A stretch of 64,000 bases of DNA from an uncultured Gemmatimonadaceae bacterium (GTDB lineage: Bacteria > Gemmatimonadota > Gemmatimonadetes > Gemmatimonadales > Gemmatimonadaceae): the NCBI GenBank assembly GCA_963751275.1, contig CAVVTZ010000009.1:352001-416000 (forward strand). Reading direction: 5' to 3'. Under the pieces are notes generated by a model, which did no database searches, was not told the DNA's origin, and was given only the letters and a program-made list of their open reading frames with translations. This document shows positions 40,077 through 51,182 of this stretch, piece by piece. The position numbers and the translations under genes are program-made. Numbering within the stretch: position 1 is the first letter of the stretch; each line of letters starts with the position of its first letter.

Positions 40077-40486
40077 TATTCGGGGCGCTTGATGGGGAAG
40101 AGCATGAAGCTGGCGAGGAGCACGAAGATGCCGGCGACATAGAAGCGCGGATCGTCGGTGAGGAAATAGTACACGCCGGCCGCGAGCGCGGCACCTTCGC
40201 CCATCGCCCAGCCCATGAGCGCGTACGTGAAGCGCTGCGCTTCGCCCGTGGCCCGCGACCAGATCGGGCGAACGGCGAAGATGCCCCCGAGCGCGAGAGC
40301 GATCGCGATGGCCGGCACGTAGATCAGTTCCTGCGGATTCGGCGCGGGCGTGAACGTGCCTTGGTGGTGCTGAAAGTAGACCACCGCGCCGAACATCACG
40401 ACGCCGCCGAGTAGTGAGGCTCTGATCAGCATGCGCGTCCGCATGATCGCTGCGGGTGAGCTGTCCCCTTGCCGTGGTGCCGTCAT
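40076..40486 (-). CDS. Hypothetical membrane protein (about 4 TM)
   Basis: Hydrophobic 136 aa ORF coupled (TAATG) to the M42 gene. Confidence 0.7.
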   Translation of the reverse strand: MTAPRQGDSSPAAIMRTRMLIRASLLGGVVMFGAVVYFQHHQGTFTPAPNPQELIYVPAIAIALALGGIFAVRPIWSRATGEAQRFTYALMGWAMGEGAALAAGVYYFLTDDPRFYVAGIFVLLASFMLFPIKRPE

Positions 40487-40493
40487 GCGCGCC

Positions 40494-42152
40494 TCACTTG
40501 TGCTCGTACACCGGCACGCCGCCTACCCACGTCGCCACCACCTGCGCGCTCAGGATCTCCTCCGGTGCGGCGCGCACGATGTCGCGGTCGTACACTACGA
40601 AGTCCGCGTATTTCCCCGGCGTCAGCGAGCCGAGCATCGTCTCCTGGAACGCGGCGACGGCGGGCCAGATGGTGATCGACTTGAGCGCCTCTTCGCGCGT
40701 CATCGCTTCCCACGGCTGCCAGCCGCCGGGCGGCCAGTTGAACGCGTCCTGCCGCGTGATCGCGGAGTGATACGAGTAGAGCGGATTCACCAACTCCACC
40801 GGGAAATCGCTCCCGTTCGGGATGATCACGCCGGTGTTGAGCAGCGCGCGCCACGCGTACGCGCCCAGGATGCGCGACGGGCCCAGCCGTTTGGCCGCCC
40901 AGTACATGTCGCTCGTCTGGTGCACGGCCTGCATGCTCGGGATCACGTCGAGCTGTGCGAAGCGCGGGATGTCGGCGAAGTTCAGGATCTGCGCGTGCTC
41001 GATGCGAAAGCGATGGTCGGCCACCGGCACTTCCTTGAGCGCCGCCTCGTACGCGTCGAGCGCGATGCGGTTGCCGCGGTCGCCGATCGCGTGCGTCGCC
41101 ACCTGGAATCCGTGCTTGAGCGCCTGCACACTCACGGCGCGCAGATGTTCGGGCGGGGACACGAGCAGGCCGATGTTCCCCGGATCGTCGCTGTACGGAT
41201 CGAGCAGCGCCGCGCCGCGCGAACCGAGCGCGCCGTCGGCGTACAGCTTGATGGCGCGCACCCAGAGATGGCCGTCGTACATCGCGCTCCGTGGGCCGAG
41301 GCCGAAGTAGTACGCGATGTCCGCCGAATCGTCGGAGATCATCACGTAGGCGCGCAGCGTGAGCTGGCCGGCCTTCGCGAGCTCCTCGTATAGATCGATC
41401 GTCGCGCGCGACTCGCCCGGGTCGTCGATGCCGGTGAGCCCCCACCGGTTCGCCTCGGCGATCGCGGCCTGCAGCGCCGCCTTGCGCTGCGCTCGCGACA
41501 GCGGCGGGATCACTCGGGCGATGAGCTCCTGCGCGTTGTCCACGAAGACGCCGGCGGGCGCGCCACCCGCGCCGCGCTCGATGCGGCCGCCGTCGGGATC
41601 GTGCGTGGCGGCGGTGACGCCCGCCGCCTTGATCGCCATGGCGTTCGCGAGCACGGCGTGACCGTCGATGCGTTCGAGCACCACCGGGTGGTCGGGCACG
41701 GCGGCGGACAACTTTTCCTGCGTGGGGAATCGCGTGTCGCCCCAATGGTTCTGGTCCCAGCCGCGGCCGGTGATCCACGCTCCCGCGGGCGCCGTCTTCG
41801 CGCGCGCAACGACGCGGGCGATCACTTCGTCGTAGCTCGTCGTGCCCACGAGATCCACACTCGAGAGCGCCATGCCGAGCCCGAGCATGTGCGCGTGCGC
41901 ATCCGTGATGCCGGGGACGATCGTGCGACCGCTGTAGTCGACGACCTTGGTGTTCGCGCCCTTGAGCGCCATCGCGCCGCGCAGCGAACCGACGAACACG
42001 ATGTGGCCGCCCTTGACCGCCATCGCTTCGGCGATCGGGCGCGCGTCGTCCACCGTGTAGATGCGTGCGCCAGTGATGATGAGATCGGCCTGCTGCGCGG
42101 GCGCCGCGGCGGCGACCGCGATCAGGCACGCGATGAGTAGGTGCTTCATCAT
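40494..42152 (-). CDS. Exported amidohydrolase (YtcJ-like, Amidohydro_3)
   Basis: Signal peptide [63 protein letters not shown]. Confidence 0.92.
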   Translation of the reverse strand: MMKHLLIACLIAVAAAAPAQQADLIITGARIYTVDDARPIAEAMAVKGGHIVFVGSLRGAMALKGANTKVVDYSGRTIVPGITDAHAHMLGLGMALSSVDLVGTTSYDEVIARVVARAKTAPAGAWITGRGWDQNHWGDTRFPTQEKLSAAVPDHPVVLERIDGHAVLANAMAIKAAGVTAATHDPDGGRIERGAGGAPAGVFVDNAQELIARVIPPLSRAQRKAALQAAIAEANRWGLTGIDDPGESRATIDLYEELAKAGQLTLRAYVMISDDSADIAYYFGLGPRSAMYDGHLWVRAIKLYADGALGSRGAALLDPYSDDPGNIGLLVSPPEHLRAVSVQALKHGFQVATHAIGDRGNRIALDAYEAALKEVPVADHRFRIEHAQILNFADIPRFAQLDVIPSMQAVHQTSDMYWAAKRLGPSRILGAYAWRALLNTGVIIPNGSDFPVELVNPLYSYHSAITRQDAFNWPPGGWQPWEAMTREEALKSITIWPAVAAFQETMLGSLTPGKYADFVVYDRDIVRAAPEEILSAQVVATWVGGVPVYEHK

Positions 42153-44307
42153 GTCATTCTCCTTCCCACCCGGAACAATGGATACGAGAGCGCGAGTACG
42201 TAGATGACCATCGCCGCGAGCGCGCTGTTGGACAAGGCGGGGAGCAGGTGGGACATGTCGAACATCGTGTCGGTCCCCTTCGCCTGGAACGCGGCGATCA
42301 CGACGCCCATGATCGCGCCGCCCGCGATGAGTCCCGAACTGAACAGCACGCCGGGCCCGGAGTCGCCGGCGTTCGCGGCCTTCGCGGCGGGATCCATCTT
42401 CCGCTCGACGATCCATCGCACCATGCCGCCCATGAACATCGTGGCCGACGTCGAGATCGGCAGGTACACGCCGACCGCGACCGGCAGCGACGGGATCCCG
42501 AGGATCTCGATGACCACGGCGATGAAGGCGCCGATGAGGATCAGCCCCCACGGCAGCTTCTGCGTCAGGATGCCGTCGACGACGAGCGCCATGATCTGCG
42601 CCTTGGGGGAATCGAGCTTGTCCTTCGTGAAGCCGCGCGCGTCCTTCGGCTCGCGGCCGCCGATGCCCGGGTCCACGAGGTAGGCGATCGCGCCGGCGCT
42701 GTCCACGAGGTAGTGGCCCGCGGGCGCCTCGCCCGTCCGCTCGATGAGATGGCCCACGCGATACCAGACGCCCTTCACGGAATCGCGCGCGCCCGTCTCG
42801 ATGTCGGTCACGGTGACGCCGGGATAGTCGCGCGCCACCTCGGTGGTCTTCGCGTTGTTCAGGAAGGCGATCATGCCGCCGATGATCATGGCCGATGTCG
42901 TCACGCCGAAGAGCAGGCCGATCTGCTGCCGCGCCGGCGTCGCGCCCACGAGATAGCCGGTCTTGAGATCCTGCGACGTGGCGCCCGCCACGGCCGCGGC
43001 GACGCACACGACGCCGCCGATCGGACAGCGCGAGCACGCGATGCTCGATCCCCGTCCACCCGACCGCGAGGAAGATCAGCGACGTGATCAGCACGGCGGC
43101 CACGGTCATGCCGGAGATCGGGTTCGACGAAGCTGCCGATCTGCCCGCAGATCCGGCTCGAGACGGTCACGAACAGGAAGGCGAACAGCACCGCGAGCAC
43201 CGCCGCCGAGCGAGGATTGATGCGATCTGCGGCAGCATCACCATCGCGATGACCAGCGCGACGAGCCGCCGACCACGACGCCGATCGGCAGCTCGCGCTC
43301 GGTGCGCACGTCGCGGCGCTTCGCCCCGCTTCGCGGCGGCCGCGCCCGAAGCCCGCGACGAGCGCCGCGACGATCGTCGGCAGCGCACCGGCCGAGCGAG
43401 ATCAGCCCGGCCGCGGTCACCGCGCCGGCGCCGATGTAGTAGACGTAGTTCGCGCGCACGTGTCATCGCGTCCATGTCGCGCGATCAGCATGTTCGCCGG
43501 CGGGATGATCGGTGGTCAGCCCGGCGCCGAACAGCTTGATCGCCGGGATCAGCACGAAGAACGAAAGCACGCCGCCCGCGAAGAGGTAGTCCGGCGATGC
43601 GCGGCCCGATGATGTAGCCGACGCCCGTCAGCTCGGGGCTCACCTCGGCCTGGATCTCGCCGATCAGCTCCGTCGGCCGGCCGGGGATGATGCTGCTGGA
43701 ACACGTGGCCGGCACGTCGCTGCCAGAGGTTCAGGAACGCCGTTGCGGAACTTGTAGAGCGCCGCCGAGGCCGAAGCCCATGAACACGGTGCGCGCCTGC
43801 ACGCCGCGTTCCTCGCCGACGATGAGCACCTCGGCGCACGCCGTCCCCTCGGGATACTTCAGGTTCTCGTGCTCCTTCACGATGAGCGTCGTGGCGGAGC
43901 GGGATCATCAGGAGCACGCCGAGCAGGCCGCCCACGACGGCGATCGCCGCGCACCGTGCGTCCACGGGCAGCGAGTAGCCGAGCAGCAGCAGCGCCGGCA
44001 GCGTGAACACCACCCCCGCGGCGATCGATTCGCCCGCGGAGCCGGTGGTCTGCACGATGTTGTTCTGGAGGATCGTCGCGGGCGTGGCGCCGAACGCGCG
44101 GACAGATAGCGGAAGATCGTGATCGAGAGCACCGCGATCGGGATCGACGCGCTCACGGTGAGTCCGACCTTCAGCGCGAGGTACACGCTCGACGCGGCGA
44201 AGACGAGGCCGAGGAGGCACGCCGAGGACGATCGCACCCGGCGTGAGTTCACGGAGGATCGTGGAGGCGGCGACGTACGGACTGCGCGGCGTATTCGGGG
44301 CGGACAT
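42149..44307 (-). CDS. OPT family oligopeptide transporter (many frameshifts)
   Basis: [83 protein letters not shown]. Confidence 0.9.
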
Positions 44308-44375
44308 CGGAGCTCCAGAGGGTTAGCGCGCGCTGAATATGAGACGCATGCACACCAGTTGCTAGAACCCCGAAG

Positions 44376-44566
44376 ACCGTGAGGCGTGAGACGCACCCCG
44401 AACACCGTGAGGCGTGAGGCGTGCGCCGAACCGATTGCACGGCGTGCGACGAAACCCGAACGCCGTGCGTGACTCGCGTTGTTCGGGTTTCGCCTAACGC
44501 CTCACAATCCGTTCGGCGCACGCCTCACGCCTCACGGTGTTCGGGGTGCGCCTCACGCCTCACGGT
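44376..44566. repeat. Palindromic element family E (GTGAGGC heptamers in about 28-nt units)
   Basis: Imperfect arms of about 85 bp, each with roughly 3 units of CCGAACACCGTGAGGCGTGAGGCGTGCG. The right arm supplies the stop codon of the DUF4349 gene. Confidence 0.88.
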
Positions 44567-45516
44567 GTTTCTGGAGCCTTCTTCGTGAGTCGCCGGAGGA
44601 TCATGATCACGCCCGCGACAGTAGCGACCAGGATGATGATCGTCGGGATGATCGTCCCCAGCGCGGCGATCAATCTCGCCGTGAATTGCACGAAGTTCCT
44701 CCAGCTCTGCTTGAACGCCTCCCCGATCACGCTCGTGCTGCCGCGCTGGCCGACCACGGGGTACGGCTCGTGCACGGTGATGCTGAGCGACGACACCGAC
44801 GTGCGCGCGCGCAGGTAACGGAGCCGCCCGTCCATGCGCTCGATCTCCTCGCGCACGCGCGCCAGCTCGCGCTCCACATCGAGCACGTCCTTGAGCTTGC
44901 CGGTCTTGGTCTCGAGCACCTGGATGAGGCGCTCCTCCAGCCGCCGCGAGTTGGCGGCGCGCGCGGTGACATCCACGAACTCCTCGCCCACATCCTCGGC
45001 CGAGACGTTCACCGACTCGATCTTACCGAGCGGGGTGAGGCCGTTGATCGCTTCGTCGAAGCGCGAGCTGGGGAGGCGGATCTCGAGCGTCGCGGACTTG
45101 ATCTGGTTGGGGCCGGCCTGCATCTGCGTATTGGCGACGAACCCGCCCACCCGCGCCGCGAGCGCGCGCACGCGCTGCACGCCGTTGGCGAGCGTGTCCA
45201 CCTGCACCGACGCGCTGCCGGTGCGGATGATCATGGTCGGGGTGAGCGTTTCCGTACCGAAGGCGGAGTTGGGGTGCACGGTCTGGGACGCCTGCTCCGC
45301 GGGCGCGTTCTCGGCGTCGGCGAGCGCTTGCCGAGTGCCGGCCATCCGTCCCGCGACGGAGATGTCCTTGGCCTTCAGTTCGTCGACGGAGGCGGGCGCC
45401 GCCATCGGTTGGCCATCCAGGCGGCTTTCGTTCTGCATCTTCGCCGGCTCGGCTTTGTCGCTGCAGGCGGCGATGAGCGTGATGGCGGCGAGCGTGGCGA
45501 GCATCGTGGTGCGCAT
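44560..45516 (-). CDS. DUF4349 domain lipoprotein
   Basis: Lipobox IAAC, IIRTGSASVQV, GGFVANT, EDVGEEFVDV, VERELARVREEIERMDGRLRYL, C-terminal TM. Confidence 0.88.
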   Translation of the reverse strand: MRTTMLATLAAITLIAACSDKAEPAKMQNESRLDGQPMAAPASVDELKAKDISVAGRMAGTRQALADAENAPAEQASQTVHPNSAFGTETLTPTMIIRTGSASVQVDTLANGVQRVRALAARVGGFVANTQMQAGPNQIKSATLEIRLPSSRFDEAINGLTPLGKIESVNVSAEDVGEEFVDVTARAANSRRLEERLIQVLETKTGKLKDVLDVERELARVREEIERMDGRLRYLRARTSVSSLSITVHEPYPVVGQRGSTSVIGEAFKQSWRNFVQFTARLIAALGTIIPTIIILVATVAGVIMILRRLTKKAPETP

Positions 45517-45639
45517 GGTCTTCCTCGTGGGCAGGGGTCGGTGGTGCGAGCCGCACAAGGGACGCCATCGGCCGCGGGGTTTGCACACGTGATGCGCGCG
45601 GGGGATATTGCATCACCCACCTTCACCGAAAGCTCATCA

Positions 45640-47442
45640 ATGATTCGTCGTCTCTTCGTTCCGGCCCTCCTGCTCGCGGCCCCCGTCCTGGCCGCCCAGG
45701 CCGCGCATCCCCGCCACGCCGTCGGCGCCGGTGACCGATGTCACGTACCGCGTCACCTTCGACCGGCCGCTCGCCGCGCGACGCGTGGTGCAGGTGGAGA
45801 TGAACTTCAAGACGCCGGGAAACGCGCCGGTGCTGCTCTCGCTGCCGGCGTGGACGCCCGGCGCGTACGAGATCAGCTACTTCGCGCGCTGGGTCACGAA
45901 TTTCTCGGCGACCGCCGCCGGCAAGCCGCTCGCGTGGGAGAAGACCGACTACGACACGTGGCGCATCGTGCCGGCCGGCGCGACGCAGATCAGCGTCGAC
46001 TTCGACTACCGCGCCGATTCGCTCGACAACGCCATGGCGTGGGCGCGCCCGGACTTCCTGATGTTCAACGGGACGAACTTCTTCCTCTATCCCGAGGGGC
46101 GCAGCCCGGACTTCCCGGCGATCGTCCGCATCGTGACCGACAGCGCGTGGCGCATCGTCACCGGAATGACGCCGACCGCGGCGCCGAACACCTTCGGCGC
46201 GTCGAATTATCACGATCTCGTGGACATGCCCTTCTTCGTCGGGCGCGTCGACATCGACAGCACGCGCGTGGGCGCGACGTGGGCGCGCCTCGCGTGGTAT
46301 CCGCTCGAGAGCGTGCCGCCCGGCGAGCGCGCGCACGAGCTCTACCAGATCGCGCAAGCTCATTCCGGTCGAGGCCGCGGTGTTCGGCGAGACGCCGTGG
46401 AAGAGTTACACCGTCATGCAGATCGCCGACTCATCGTTCGGCGGACTCTCCGGCCTCGAGCACCAGAACTCCCACGTCGACGTGATCACGCCGCTCGCCG
46501 TCGGCGACCCGATCCTCGGCAGCTTCTACGCGCACGAGATCTTCCACTCGTGGAACGTGAAGCGGCTGCGCCCGATCGACCTCTGGCCCTACGACTACGC
46601 CCGCGAGCAGCCCACGCCGTGGCTCTGGGTGAGCGAGGGGATCACCGACTACTACGCGGATCTCGTCCGAGGTGCGCGGCGGCGCTGATCGACGCGCCGG
46701 GTTCTTCGATCTCATCGCCGGCAAGATCGAGCACGTCGCGAAGACGCGGACCGTCGCGCTCACCGACGCGTCGCTGAACGCCTGGATCCACATGATGGAC
46801 GGCACGGAGGACATCTACTACGACAAGGGCTCGCTCGCCGGCCTCATGCTCGACATCCTGATCCGCGACGCGAGCGACAACAAGCGCTCGCTCGACGGTG
46901 TCATGCGCAACCTGTACCGCGACGCCTACAAGAAGGGCGAGGGCTTCACCCCCGCGGAGTGGTGGAGCGCAGTGAGCGCCGCGGCGGGCGGGAGGTCGTT
47001 CACGGACTTCGACGCGAAGTACATCGAGGGACGCGAGCCCTATCCGTGGAGCACGATCCTGCCGCTCGCGGGGCTCGTGCTGCATGCCGACACGGTCCGT
47101 TCGCCCGCGCTCGGCATCACGTATGAGCACGACAGCGTCGGCGCGATCATCATCGCGGCCATCGATCCGGGAGGGATGGCGGCCGAGGCGGGGATCCGTC
47201 CGGGCGACAAACTCGTCGCGGTGGGTGACGTCGCCGCGACCGACCGCGGATTCCTCGGCGGCGCGATGTCGCGTTACGGCGTGGCGGGGGAGACCGTGGT
47301 GATCAAGGTGCGGCGGGGCGGAACGACGCTCTCGCTGCCGGCGCGGGTGCAGATCCGCGAGCGCGTGAGCACGACGGTGACCGCCGATCCGCGGGCGAAC
47401 GCGAAGGCGGTGGCGATCCGCACCGGGCTGATGCGCCCGTAG
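45640..47442 (+). CDS. M61 glycyl aminopeptidase with PDZ (3 frameshifts)
   Basis: LPAWTPGAY, GLEHQNS, AHEIFHSWNVKRLRP, LWVSEGITDYY, YYDKGS, C-terminal PDZ. Confidence 0.92.
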
Positions 47443-47446
47443 CGGA

Positions 47447-48865
47447 TCAGCGCTTCATCGCGGCTTCGATCTCGGTGATCTCGCGCGGCGCGCGCGAGAT
47501 CCACTCGACGCCGCTGGCGGTCGCGAAATAGTCATCCTCGATGCGCACGCCGGTGTCCTTGAACTTCTCGAAGGCGGCGCGCACGTGCGCGATCAGCGCG
47601 CGGTTGCGCGGGGTGTCGGGGAGGATGTCCAGCGCGTTGCCGCGCACGTAGAGGCCGGGCTCGATCGTGAACGCCGCACCGGCGAGGATCTTGTAGGGCG
47701 GGTAATACCACGTGCCCGGGTCGTGCACCTCGAGGCCGATCCCGTGGCCGAGGGCATGATTGTAGTAGAGCGAGAGCTGGCGGCAGCCCTTGGCCACCAG
47801 AAAGGAGCATCCGCCCTGCGGCGCGTCGTACAGTGCATCGGCGCTCTCGATGAGACCGAGCTTCACGAGTCCGGCCGCGAGCACGGCATTCGCCGAATCG
47901 CTCATGAGGTGCGCGGGCGCGCCGACGATCGCCTGCCGCTCGCCCGCGGCCTGCGCATCGCGCACCACCTGGTACAACGCGCGCTGCTCCGCGGTGAACG
48001 TGCCGCTCACCGGCAGCGTGCGCGTGACGTCGGCGGTATAGCCGTGCCAGCTGGCGCCGATGTCCATGACGACGAGCTCGCCGGCGAGCATCGTGCGGTC
48101 GTTCTTGTCATAGTGGAGCGAGGTGCTGTTGGGCCCGGAGCCGACGATGCTCGAGAAGCCCGGCCGTTCGGCGCCCTCCTTGCGGAAGGTGTATTCGATG
48201 GTGGCCTGCACCTCGTTCTCGCCCACGCCGGGCGCCACGACGTGCAGCACCGCGCGTTGCGCGTCCACGGTGATCGCGGTCGCGCGCCGCAGCAGCGCGA
48301 GCTCCGCGTCGCTGTGCCGCGCGCGCAGCGAATCCTCGAGATTGCCGGCGTCCACGATCTGGAGCCCGATGTGGCCGCGGCGGAGCGAGGCGACGAACTG
48401 GTCATTGGCGGAGAGCGTCGCGCTGGCGTCGAGATCGCCGAGCACGTAGAGCGTCTTCGCGCCGGCGAGCGCGCTGTCCAGTGATGCGCGGAAGCTGGAC
48501 GCGGGGAGCGCCGGCAGGCCCGTGAGCGCGGCAGCGCCGGACACGCCGAGCCGGTCGCCGGTCCAGGCTTCGCGCGCGGGATCGCGCGGGAGCACGAAGA
48601 GCGTGACGGCCGACGTCGCGCCACGCTTCACCATGAGCAGCGAGGCGTTCGGTTCGAGATAGCCGGTGAGGTACCAGAAGCGCGGCGTCTGGAAGAAGCT
48701 GATGAAGTCCTCGCGCGGCTCGGCGGCGCCGAGGACGATGGCGACGGCGGTGTCGGGGAGCTGCGAGAGGAAAGCGGCGCGGCGAGAGGAGTACTCGGAT
48801 TGGGGGACTTGCGCGATGGCAGGGGCCGCGAGCATCACGAGTGCTGGGATCAGTTGGAGGCGCAT
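47447..48865 (-). CDS. pepP: Xaa-Pro aminopeptidase (M24B), exported
   Basis: FWYLTG, IVGSGPNSTSLHY, MDIGA...YTADVTRT, HALGHGIGLEVHD, TIEPGLY, GVRIEDD. Confidence 0.93.
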   Translation of the reverse strand: MRLQLIPALVMLAAPAIAQVPQSEYSSRRAAFLSQLPDTAVAIVLGAAEPREDFISFFQTPRFWYLTGYLEPNASLLMVKRGATSAVTLFVLPRDPAREAWTGDRLGVSGAAALTGLPALPASSFRASLDSALAGAKTLYVLGDLDASATLSANDQFVASLRRGHIGLQIVDAGNLEDSLRARHSDAELALLRRATAITVDAQRAVLHVVAPGVGENEVQATIEYTFRKEGAERPGFSSIVGSGPNSTSLHYDKNDRTMLAGELVVMDIGASWHGYTADVTRTLPVSGTFTAEQRALYQVVRDAQAAGERQAIVGAPAHLMSDSANAVLAAGLVKLGLIESADALYDAPQGGCSFLVAKGCRQLSLYYNHALGHGIGLEVHDPGTWYYPPYKILAGAAFTIEPGLYVRGNALDILPDTPRNRALIAHVRAAFEKFKDTGVRIEDDYFATASGVEWISRAPREITEIEAAMKR

Positions 48866-48900
48866 ATCGGAACGTTACGCTCCGCGAGCGAGAGTGGCGA

Positions 48901-49005
48901 CCCGAACTCCGTTATTCGTACCCCGAACTCCGCTATTCGCCATTGGTTCGTAACACAGCCTACGGCTCACGTCGTCGTGCCAAACGCGTACGACTAACGA
49001 CTGCC
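48901..49005. repeat. 21-nt tandem repeat (3x7) plus a solo arm of palindrome family F
   Basis: CCCGAACTCCGYTATTCG.. x2 (48901-48942). AAACGCGTACGACTAACGACTGCC (48982-49005) matches the arm of the 58091-58147 element. Confidence 0.7.
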
Positions 49006-49080
49006 TTGGCCCTTGTCACTAGCACGCCGGCGGTTAGAATGGAGCCGGATACCGATTTCCCCATTCGAGGTGACGCGCAT

Positions 49081-49788
49081 ATGGCGACCGGTCAGGCACC
49101 AGAGGCAGCGGCGAAGGCGTCCGTGTTCGAGGACTTCATCGACATCTTCACGTCGCCGGCGGAGGTGTTCAAGCGGCGCATGGGGGCGGGCGTCTGGCTC
49201 CAGATGCTCATCCTCACCGTCATCGCCGTCGGATTGTACCTCGTCACGCGCAGCATCCTGGCGCCGATCTTCGACGCCGAGATGGCGCGCGGACTCGCGA
49301 AGAACCCGAACCTCACCGCGGACCAGATCGAATCGGCCAAGGCGATGGCGAGCAAGATCGGACCCGTCGCCGTCGCGATCGGGATCCCGATCAGCATATT
49401 CTTCACGGGATTGTTCGTTTGGCTGGCGGGGAAGATGTTCAGCGCGCAGCAGACGTTCGGCGACGCGGTGATGGTCGCGACGTACGCATGGATCCCGCGC
49501 GTGCTGCAGTTCGTCGCGGCGGCCGCGATGGGCGCGATGATGGATGCGTCGAAGATGACCGGATTGTTCAGCGCGAGCCTGAGCGTTGGGAAGCTGCTCG
49601 ATCCGGACACGACCTCACGCGCCGTCTACGTCCTGGCGGGGCGGATCGACCTCTTCGTCATCTGGCAGACGATCCTGCTCGGCATCGGCCTCTCGGTCAC
49701 CGGCAAGATCGCGCGCTCGCAGGGCTACATTGCGGCGGCGTTGCTGTGGCTGATCGGGGCCGGCGCGACGATGCTCTTCCAGCGCTGA
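49081..49788 (+). CDS. Yip1 family membrane protein
   Basis: DIFTSPAEVFKR start, 5-TM pattern, GAGGTG SD. Confidence 0.8.
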   Translation: MATGQAPEAAAKASVFEDFIDIFTSPAEVFKRRMGAGVWLQMLILTVIAVGLYLVTRSILAPIFDAEMARGLAKNPNLTADQIESAKAMASKIGPVAVAIGIPISIFFTGLFVWLAGKMFSAQQTFGDAVMVATYAWIPRVLQFVAAAAMGAMMDASKMTGLFSASLSVGKLLDPDTTSRAVYVLAGRIDLFVIWQTILLGIGLSVTGKIARSQGYIAAALLWLIGAGATMLFQR

Positions 49789-49842
49789 CCCGCCGGTTCC
49801 CGCAGGCTCGCGCGCGGCGCCGGACTTCGGCGCCGCGCGCTG

Positions 49843-51004
49843 TCATTTGAGGAGCAGCTTCGCGATCGTCTGCAGCTGCATGTTGGACGTGCCCTCGTAG
49901 ATCGTGCCGATCTTCGCGTCGCGGTAGAATTTCTCCACGGGGTAGTCCTTGGTGTACCCGTAGCCGCCGTGCAGCTCGAGCGCGAGCGACGTCACGCGCT
50001 CGGCCACCTGGCACGAGAAGAGCTTGGCCATCGCCGCCTCGCTTCGTGAACTCGATGCCGGCGTCCTTGAGCCGCGCCGCGTTGTACACCATGAGCCGCG
50101 CCGCCTCGAGCTCGGTGGCCGCCTGCGCGAGCTGGAACTGCACGGCCTGGAAATCCGACGATCGCCTTGCCGAACTGCTTGCGCTCCTTCACGTACGCGA
50201 TCGCCGCGTCGAGCGCGCCGCGCGCGACGCCGATCATCTGCGCGCCGATGCCGATGCGCCCTTCGTTCAGCGTCTCGATCGCGATCTTGTAGCCCTGGCC
50301 GACGGGGCCGAGCACGTTCGCGGCCGGCACCTCGCACCCGTCCAGGATGAGTTCCGTGGTGCTGCTCGCGCGGATCCCGAGCTTGTCCTCCTTCTTCCCC
50401 ACCGAGAATCCCTTGAATCCGCGCTCGACGACGAACGCCGTGATGCCCTTGTAGCCCGCCGACGGGTCGGCGTTCGCGAAGATCGACGAAGATCGCCGCC
50501 TCCGCGCCGTTCGTGATCCAGAGCTTGCGCCCGGTGAGCACCCAGTCGATCGCCTTCTTCTCCGCGCGCGTCGCGAGGCCGAAGGCGTCGGAGCCGGAGC
50601 CGGGCTCCGAGAGCGCGTACGCGCCGACGGTCTTCGACGTGAGCCGCGGGAGGTAGCGCTGCTTCACGTCGTCGCTGCCGTAGCGCGCGATCGGGTAGTT
50701 GACGAGCGTGTTCTGCACGTCCACCATGATCGCACTCGACGCATCCACGCGGCTGATCGCTTCCACGGCGATCGCCACCATCGACGAGCGAGCCGCCGGC
50801 GCCGCCGTACTGCTCGGGCACCTCGATGCCCATCAGGCCGAGCTCGAAGAACTTCGGGATCAGCTCGGCGTCGAGCTTCGCGGCGCGGTCCATCGCCATC
50901 GCGCGCGGACGCACTTCGGATTCGGCGAACTGCGCGACGGCATCCTGGAACGCGGATTCATCGTCCGAAAGGGTGGTGAGCGCGGGTCTGAATGACTCTG
51001 TCAT
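49843..51004 (-). CDS. Acyl-CoA dehydrogenase (short/branched-chain-like; about 4 frameshifts)
   Basis: GLMGIEVPEQYGG, ALSEPGSGSDA, KLWITNG, KLGIRASST, GRIGIGAQ, ERKQFGK, HGGYGYTKDYPVEKFYRDAKIGTIYEGTSN. Confidence 0.95.
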
Positions 51005-51019
51005 AAGGTAAGACTAGTG

Positions 51020-51156
51020 CTCCGGCCATAAGAGGAATGGTCTTGTTCCAAGCGGGCAGTACGATTCCATCATGTCCATCATGTTCATCCTGTCAAATGC
51101 TCTTTTCTCCAGCCTCCGGGAACTGCATCTGACAGGATGGACATGATGGACATGAT
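51020..51156. repeat. Palindromic element family A, copy 2 (inverted relative to copy 1)
   Basis: 27-bp arms 51069-51095 / 51130-51156, identical to copy 1 except one G.T. The loop and the 51020-51052 tail match copy 1 as reverse complement. Confidence 0.9.
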
Positions 51157-51182
51157 ATACATGGCCGGAGTCATCCTGTCCG

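Noticed and set aside
44376..44566. Possible CRISPR array (repeated about 28-nt units)
   Set aside because: Units are contiguous with no unique spacers, are arranged as an inverted repeat, and there are no cas genes in the window.
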